This document shows positions 59,389 through 64,000 of a stretch of DNA of 64,000 nt, one piece after another. Where the stretch lies: contig JANNVX010000014.1 of the NCBI GenBank assembly GCA_031414595.1, positions 48,078 through 112,077 of the forward strand, given 5' to 3'. The DNA is from Deinococcales bacterium (GTDB taxonomy: Bacteria; Deinococcota; Deinococci; Deinococcales; JAAFIG01). Every line of letters starts with the position of its first letter. Position 1 is the first letter of the stretch. Both the position numbers and the translations under genes were made by a program. The notes beneath the pieces were generated by a model, which was given only the letters and a program-made list of their open reading frames with translations, was not told the origin of the DNA and made no database searches.

Positions 59389-60435
59389 ATGAAGCACAAG
59401 AAATTCGTTATCGGAGCATTAGCCATCGCAGGTATCGCCACCAGCATCGCCCACTTTGGATTTGGTGTCGCCCAAGGCAGCACCAGCCGTTTAGAGACCG
59501 TGAAAAAACGCGGTAAACTGATTTGCGGAGTCAATGCTACTGTCCCCGGCTTTGGCTTTTTAGACACAAGCGGCAAATACAGTGGTTTTGATGTTGACTT
59601 TTGCCGTGGTGTAGCAGCGGCTGTGCTTGGCGACTCGAGCAAAGTAGACTTTGTTTCCTTGACCGCCGCCGCTCGTTTTACGGCGATTCAAAGCGGCGAA
59701 GTAGACGTGGTTTTCCGTAACACCACCATGACCTCGAGCCGTGACGGTGATGTTGGCGTGGATTTTGGACCCGTTAATTTTTACGATGGTCAAGGTGTGA
59801 TGGTTAAAGCCAACAGCCCAGCCAAACGCATTTTAGACCTTGCCGGGGCAACTGTTTGCACCAACCAAGGCACAACCACCGAACAAAATATCAATGATTA
59901 CTTTAGACAACGCAAACAACAAATTAAAGTCGTGACCTACCAAGACTTTAACCTTGTGATGGCAGCCTTTGACCAAGGGCGCTGCGATGCCGTCACCACC
60001 GATGCTTCTGGTCTTGCCAGCCGCAAAGCCACCTCTGCCGACCCAAGCGATTACCGTATCCTTGGCGAAATTATCTCCAAAGAACCACTTGCTCCTTTTG
60101 TTGCCCAAAATGATTCCAAATGGCGCGATGTCGTGGCTTGGACCGTTTACGCCACCATCTATGCCGAAGAACTTGACATCAACAGCCGCAACATTAGCGA
60201 CGCTCGTAAAAACACCACCGACCCAGCTGTGCGCCGTTTTGTTGGACTCGAGGGAACAAGCGGTAAAGGCTTTGGACTAAGCCCAGACTTTGCTGCTGAT
60301 GTAATCCAAGCGGTTGGTAATTACAAAGAAATCTATGACCGTAACCTCGGACCGAAAACCAAACTGAACCTCCCGCGTCGTTTGAACTCTAATTACGAAT
60401 CTGGTGGTTTGTTGTACTCCCCACCTTTCCGCTAA
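59389..60435 (+). CDS. aapJ: General L-amino acid ABC transporter substrate-binding protein (AapJ/BztA-like)
   Basis: GFDVDFCR, RNTT, FYDGQG, ISKEPL and GLLYSPPFR motifs. Confidence 0.92.
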   Translation: MKHKKFVIGALAIAGIATSIAHFGFGVAQGSTSRLETVKKRGKLICGVNATVPGFGFLDTSGKYSGFDVDFCRGVAAAVLGDSSKVDFVSLTAAARFTAIQSGEVDVVFRNTTMTSSRDGDVGVDFGPVNFYDGQGVMVKANSPAKRILDLAGATVCTNQGTTTEQNINDYFRQRKQQIKVVTYQDFNLVMAAFDQGRCDAVTTDASGLASRKATSADPSDYRILGEIISKEPLAPFVAQNDSKWRDVVAWTVYATIYAEELDINSRNISDARKNTTDPAVRRFVGLEGTSGKGFGLSPDFAADVIQAVGNYKEIYDRNLGPKTKLNLPRRLNSNYESGGLLYSPPFR

Positions 60436-60548
60436 AGACTGACACTCGAGCGCCGACACCTTAAACTGTCGGCGCTCTCGTTTTAAGGCAGAGGAGGAGA
60501 AAAAAGACACTGCTCCTTCCTCGAGTTTTTATCCCGTGGAGGTTTCTT

Positions 60549-61742
60549 TTGTCAGAGCTTAGTGTCGTGTCCGAACAAGCGGCTGTTCCGTTTTATCGTG
60601 ATGTTAAAAAAATAGCGGTTATTGCCCAAGTGGTTTTTTTGGCGGCAGTGATTGCCGCAGTTCTGGTTTTAATTAACAATGTTAGTGTTGGCTTAAAGAA
60701 ACAAGATTTGAGTTTTGGTTTTGGGTTCGTCAATCAAACCGCCGGGTTCCAAGTTGCCGAAGGTACGGCTTTTGGTGTGCCTTACGACTCGAGCAACGAC
60801 AACATTATTAAAGTGATTCTGGTTGGACTGTATAACACCCTGCGAATTGCGATAGTTGGCATGGTGCTGGCAACCCTGCTTGGTGTACTGGTTGGTATTG
60901 CAAGGCTCTCGAGTAATTGGTTACTTAACCGAGTGGCACTGGTCTATGTCGAAATTCTTCGCAATACACCGCTTTTGGTGCAGCTTGTGGTTTGGTATTT
61001 TATTGTGATACTGCAACTCCCCGCGATTAGCAATGTGCAACCCGTAGCGGGTGTGTACCTGTCGAACTCGGGGCTTGCCATGCCTTGGATGGTGCAAAAA
61101 CCAGATGCGATTAACTTTTTTCCATTCACGATTCTGGCAGTTATTATTGGCTTAGCTGTCTTTGCATTTTTTTCGATTCAACGCAACAAAAGTGGTAAAC
61201 CTGTCCCTGCTGGACAATTTGGTTTTGGGGCATGGGTGCTTGTGTTGTTGCTTAGTTTCTTTGCGCTTGGGCAACCGCTCGAGTATGGCGCACCGATTCG
61301 CGGTAATTTCGGAGTCAACGGTGGATTAACAATCTCCCCAGAATTTACAGCACTATTGGTTGGTTTAGTGGTTTATACCAGTTCGTTTATCGCAGAAATC
61401 ACCAGAGCAGGTATTCAAAGTGTTCATAAAGGACAATGGGAAGCCTCCCGAGCTTTGGGTTTGGGGTACGCCGAAACGTTGCAACTGATTATTCTGCCAC
61501 AAGCCCTGCGGGTGATGATTCCACCACTTGGCAATCAATACCTAAATTTAACCAAGAACTCGAGTTTAGCAGTTGCAATTGGCTACTCCGATGTGCTGAA
61601 TGTCTTAAACACCACAGGCAACCAAAGCGGACAGAACCTGCAAACCATGGTCATCGCTGGTGGAATTTACTTGGTCTTGTCCTTAACCATCGCCACGATT
61701 GTCAACACCTATAACCGCGCCACCAAACTCAAAACGAGGTGA
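60549..61742 (+). CDS. aapQ: Amino acid ABC transporter permease (AapQ/BztB-like)
   Basis: ARLSSNWL, RNTPLLVQ, EAA loop and NQYLNLTKNSSLA motifs. Confidence 0.9.
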   Translation: MSELSVVSEQAAVPFYRDVKKIAVIAQVVFLAAVIAAVLVLINNVSVGLKKQDLSFGFGFVNQTAGFQVAEGTAFGVPYDSSNDNIIKVILVGLYNTLRIAIVGMVLATLLGVLVGIARLSSNWLLNRVALVYVEILRNTPLLVQLVVWYFIVILQLPAISNVQPVAGVYLSNSGLAMPWMVQKPDAINFFPFTILAVIIGLAVFAFFSIQRNKSGKPVPAGQFGFGAWVLVLLLSFFALGQPLEYGAPIRGNFGVNGGLTISPEFTALLVGLVVYTSSFIAEITRAGIQSVHKGQWEASRALGLGYAETLQLIILPQALRVMIPPLGNQYLNLTKNSSLAVAIGYSDVLNVLNTTGNQSGQNLQTMVIAGGIYLVLSLTIATIVNTYNRATKLKTR

Positions 61743-62920
61743 GTATGCAAGCCACAAACAGCCGCCCGCCATCTCGAGATTCAAAATGGCAACTCTGGGC
61801 AAAAGAAAATTTGTTCTCCAACACCACAAATTCAATTCTGACGGTACTGACGGGTTTGCTGATTATCTGGGTGGTTGTAAGCCTGGGTATTTGGGCATTT
61901 ACCCAAGCCAAATGGAATGTGATTCCCGCCAATTTCCGAATTTTAATGACTGGTTCGTTTCCCACCGAGCAACTCTGGCGCACCTGGACAGCTTTAATCG
62001 TGGTTTGTGCCGCCTCTGGTTTGCATTGGGGTTCGTTGTCTCGAGGCGCAAAATTACCAATCTGGACGTATATTTTTGGCGCAGTCATCGTGCTTTTTGC
62101 TGCCATCACCCAAGTCGGACATCCGAGCGGCATTCTTGTGCCTGCGGCGGTCGTGGCTGTTTTTGTCGGCTATTTTATTGGACAAATTGCCATTCCTAGC
62201 CGAATCATGAACATCGCTTGGGTGGTTATTTTCTTTGTCACAGTGCTGCTGTTCACCGTAGATTTCGGCACGGGCGCAGTCCAGACCAAAGAATGGGGCG
62301 GATTACTTTTAACCCTAATGCTCAGTATTGTTGGCATTGTGGCTAGTTTTCCACTTGGCGTTGCCCTTGCTATCGGACGCACCAGCAATTACCCGATTAT
62401 CAGTGCCATCTGTACCGTGTTTATCGAAGTGGTACGCGGTACACCACTGGTGGTGGTGTTTTTTATTGCCCAATTATTCGTGCCGCTTTTACTCGGCGGC
62501 GCAAATATAGACCCCGTGGCTCGAGCCATGGTTGGCATCACCATTTTTAGTGCTGCTTACCTCGCTGAGAATGTCCGTGGCGGACTGCAAAGCGTTCCAC
62601 AAGGACAAATCGAGGCGGCTCGAGCCGTGGGGCTAACTGGCACGCAAACCTTACTCCTGATTGTCCTGCCACAAGCCCTCAAAGCCGTCCTCCCCGCTTT
62701 GGTCGGGCAATTTATCGGCTTGTTCAAAGACACCAGCCTTGTGTACATTATTGGCTTAAAAGAACTGGCGGGAATCTCGGATAGCATTCGCAGCAACCCA
62801 GATTTTATCGGCACAGCCAAAGAACTGTACTTCACGATCAGCATTATTTACTTTATCTTCAGTTACGCCATGAGCAGTGGCGCACGCAGTCTCGAGAAAC
62901 AATTGAATACGAACAGATAG
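61739..62920 (+). CDS. aapM: Amino acid ABC transporter permease (AapM/BztC-like)
   Basis: WGGLLLT, RGTPL, AENVRGGLQ and FKDTSL motifs. Confidence 0.9.
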   Translation: MSMQATNSRPPSRDSKWQLWAKENLFSNTTNSILTVLTGLLIIWVVVSLGIWAFTQAKWNVIPANFRILMTGSFPTEQLWRTWTALIVVCAASGLHWGSLSRGAKLPIWTYIFGAVIVLFAAITQVGHPSGILVPAAVVAVFVGYFIGQIAIPSRIMNIAWVVIFFVTVLLFTVDFGTGAVQTKEWGGLLLTLMLSIVGIVASFPLGVALAIGRTSNYPIISAICTVFIEVVRGTPLVVVFFIAQLFVPLLLGGANIDPVARAMVGITIFSAAYLAENVRGGLQSVPQGQIEAARAVGLTGTQTLLLIVLPQALKAVLPALVGQFIGLFKDTSLVYIIGLKELAGISDSIRSNPDFIGTAKELYFTISIIYFIFSYAMSSGARSLEKQLNTNR

Positions 62921-62985
62921 CTACTAGCTGCTAGTCATTAGCTTAAAAGCTAGAAGCTAGAAGCTACTAGCTAGTAGCTACTAGC
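62918..62985. repeat. Heptamer tandem repeats (AGCTA core) in a self-complementary arrangement
   Basis: TAGCTAC TAGCTGC TAGTCAT TAGCTTA AAAGCTA GAAGCTA GAAGCTA CTAGCTA GTAGCTA CTAGC. Confidence 0.75.
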
Positions 62986-62999
62986 CCAAAAGGAGACCC

Positions 63000-63767
63000 A
63001 TGAGCAACCCAATCAAAGACCTATCGAATGCTCCTGTTGTGATTGAAGCCAGTAAAGTCAATAAGTATTATGGGCAGTTTCAGGCGCTTAAAGACGTGAA
63101 TCTCGAGGTTAAACGCGGTGAAGTGGTGGTGGTGATTGGACCTTCTGGCAGTGGCAAAAGCACTTTTATACGCTGTATTAACCGGCTCGAGGAACATCAG
63201 ACGGGTAAAATTATGGTTCAAGGAATTGAACTCTCTAACGATGTTCGCAATATAGATGCGATTCGGCGCGATGTTGGAATGGTCTTTCAGAGCTTTAATT
63301 TATTTCCGCATTTGAGTGTGCTGCAAAACATTATTCTTGCGCCAATGCGGGTGAAGAAAATGGAAAAAAGCGAAGCTGAAAGCATTGGTCGCACCCTGCT
63401 CGAGCGGGTTGGGATTCCAGAACAAGCCGACAAGTTTCCGGGACAGTTAAGCGGAGGACAACAACAACGGGTAGCGATAGCACGGGCATTAGCCATGCAG
63501 CCCAAAATCATGTTGTTTGACGAACCGACTTCGGCGCTTGACCCCGAAATGATTAAAGAAGTGCTGGATGTAATGAAAGAACTTGCTCGTAGCGGCATGA
63601 CGATGATGTGTGTAACCCACGAAATGGGATTTGCAAGGGAAGTCGCCGACCGCATTGTGTTCTTTGATAAAGGGCAAGTGGTTGAAGAAAGTACCCCAGA
63701 TGATTTTTACCACAACCCAAAAACAGACCGCGCTAAGTTATTTTTAAGTCAGATATTAGGACACTAA
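63000..63767 (+). CDS. aapP: Amino acid ABC transporter ATP-binding protein (AapP/GlnQ-like)
   Basis: [16 protein letters not shown] and [10 protein letters not shown] motifs. Confidence 0.95.
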   Translation: MSNPIKDLSNAPVVIEASKVNKYYGQFQALKDVNLEVKRGEVVVVIGPSGSGKSTFIRCINRLEEHQTGKIMVQGIELSNDVRNIDAIRRDVGMVFQSFNLFPHLSVLQNIILAPMRVKKMEKSEAESIGRTLLERVGIPEQADKFPGQLSGGQQQRVAIARALAMQPKIMLFDEPTSALDPEMIKEVLDVMKELARSGMTMMCVTHEMGFAREVADRIVFFDKGQVVEESTPDDFYHNPKTDRAKLFLSQILGH

Positions 63768-63859
63768 AGATGAAATTTTTAGCGTTTTGGTTTAAGTGGA
63801 TACAAAAGCTTCGGCTTCAATTATTTGAAGCTCCTAAGTATCCAGAGTTCCGTCGAGTA

Positions 63860-64000
63860 AGGATTTGTCCGTAAATAACTTCCCTATTTGGAAATGATGA
63901 AACATTGTTTCCTAGCAGGACAGACACAGGGGTCTGTCCCTACAAAATCCATAAAAATACGTCAGGTAGGGGCGGACCCCCGTGTCCGCCCTGTGACCAA
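63860..64000. mobile_element. Second copy of the MITE-like element (truncated by window edge)
   Basis: AGGATTTGTCCGTAAATAA identical to 25911-25929, followed by ...CCCTAC / GTAGGG... hairpins. Confidence 0.6.

Overview
Bacterial chromosomal window, most likely Deinococcota (Deinococcus/Thermus-like DnaA, S41 proteases, mqnD), with moderate GC and a very strong excess of CTCGAG. Positions ~11.1-64 kb are mostly core genome around the replication origin (parB-parA-rsmG / dnaA-oriC-dnaN), with several type II toxin-antitoxin modules. Positions 1-10961 look like the terminal part of a Tn7-like element. It carries cargo genes, an Xre regulator, a translationally coupled tniQ-cas5c-cas8c-cas7c operon with no cas3/cas1/cas2/cas4, and a short split CRISPR array. 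It ends in three TnsB-type repeats and a terminal ACA. The spacer after the last, atypical repeat matches the 5' end of the neighbouring tRNA(CAT) gene at 18/22, with mismatches at positions 6, 12, 18 and 19 and a CTC PAM. The element ends 47 bp beyond that match, just upstream of the tRNA promoter. This is the signature of a type I-C CRISPR-associated transposon with RNA-guided homing. tnsA/B/C are not in this window and are inferred to lie to the left. Other notable items: a leucine attenuator with an MNT-HEPN pair inserted before leuA, a candidate structured ncRNA convergent with a nuclease-like gene, TA cassettes separated by a repeated hairpin, four tandem S41 proteases (one probably inactive) and a free-standing LAGLIDADG gene at the origin. 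All calls come from reading the sequence; no database searches were run.
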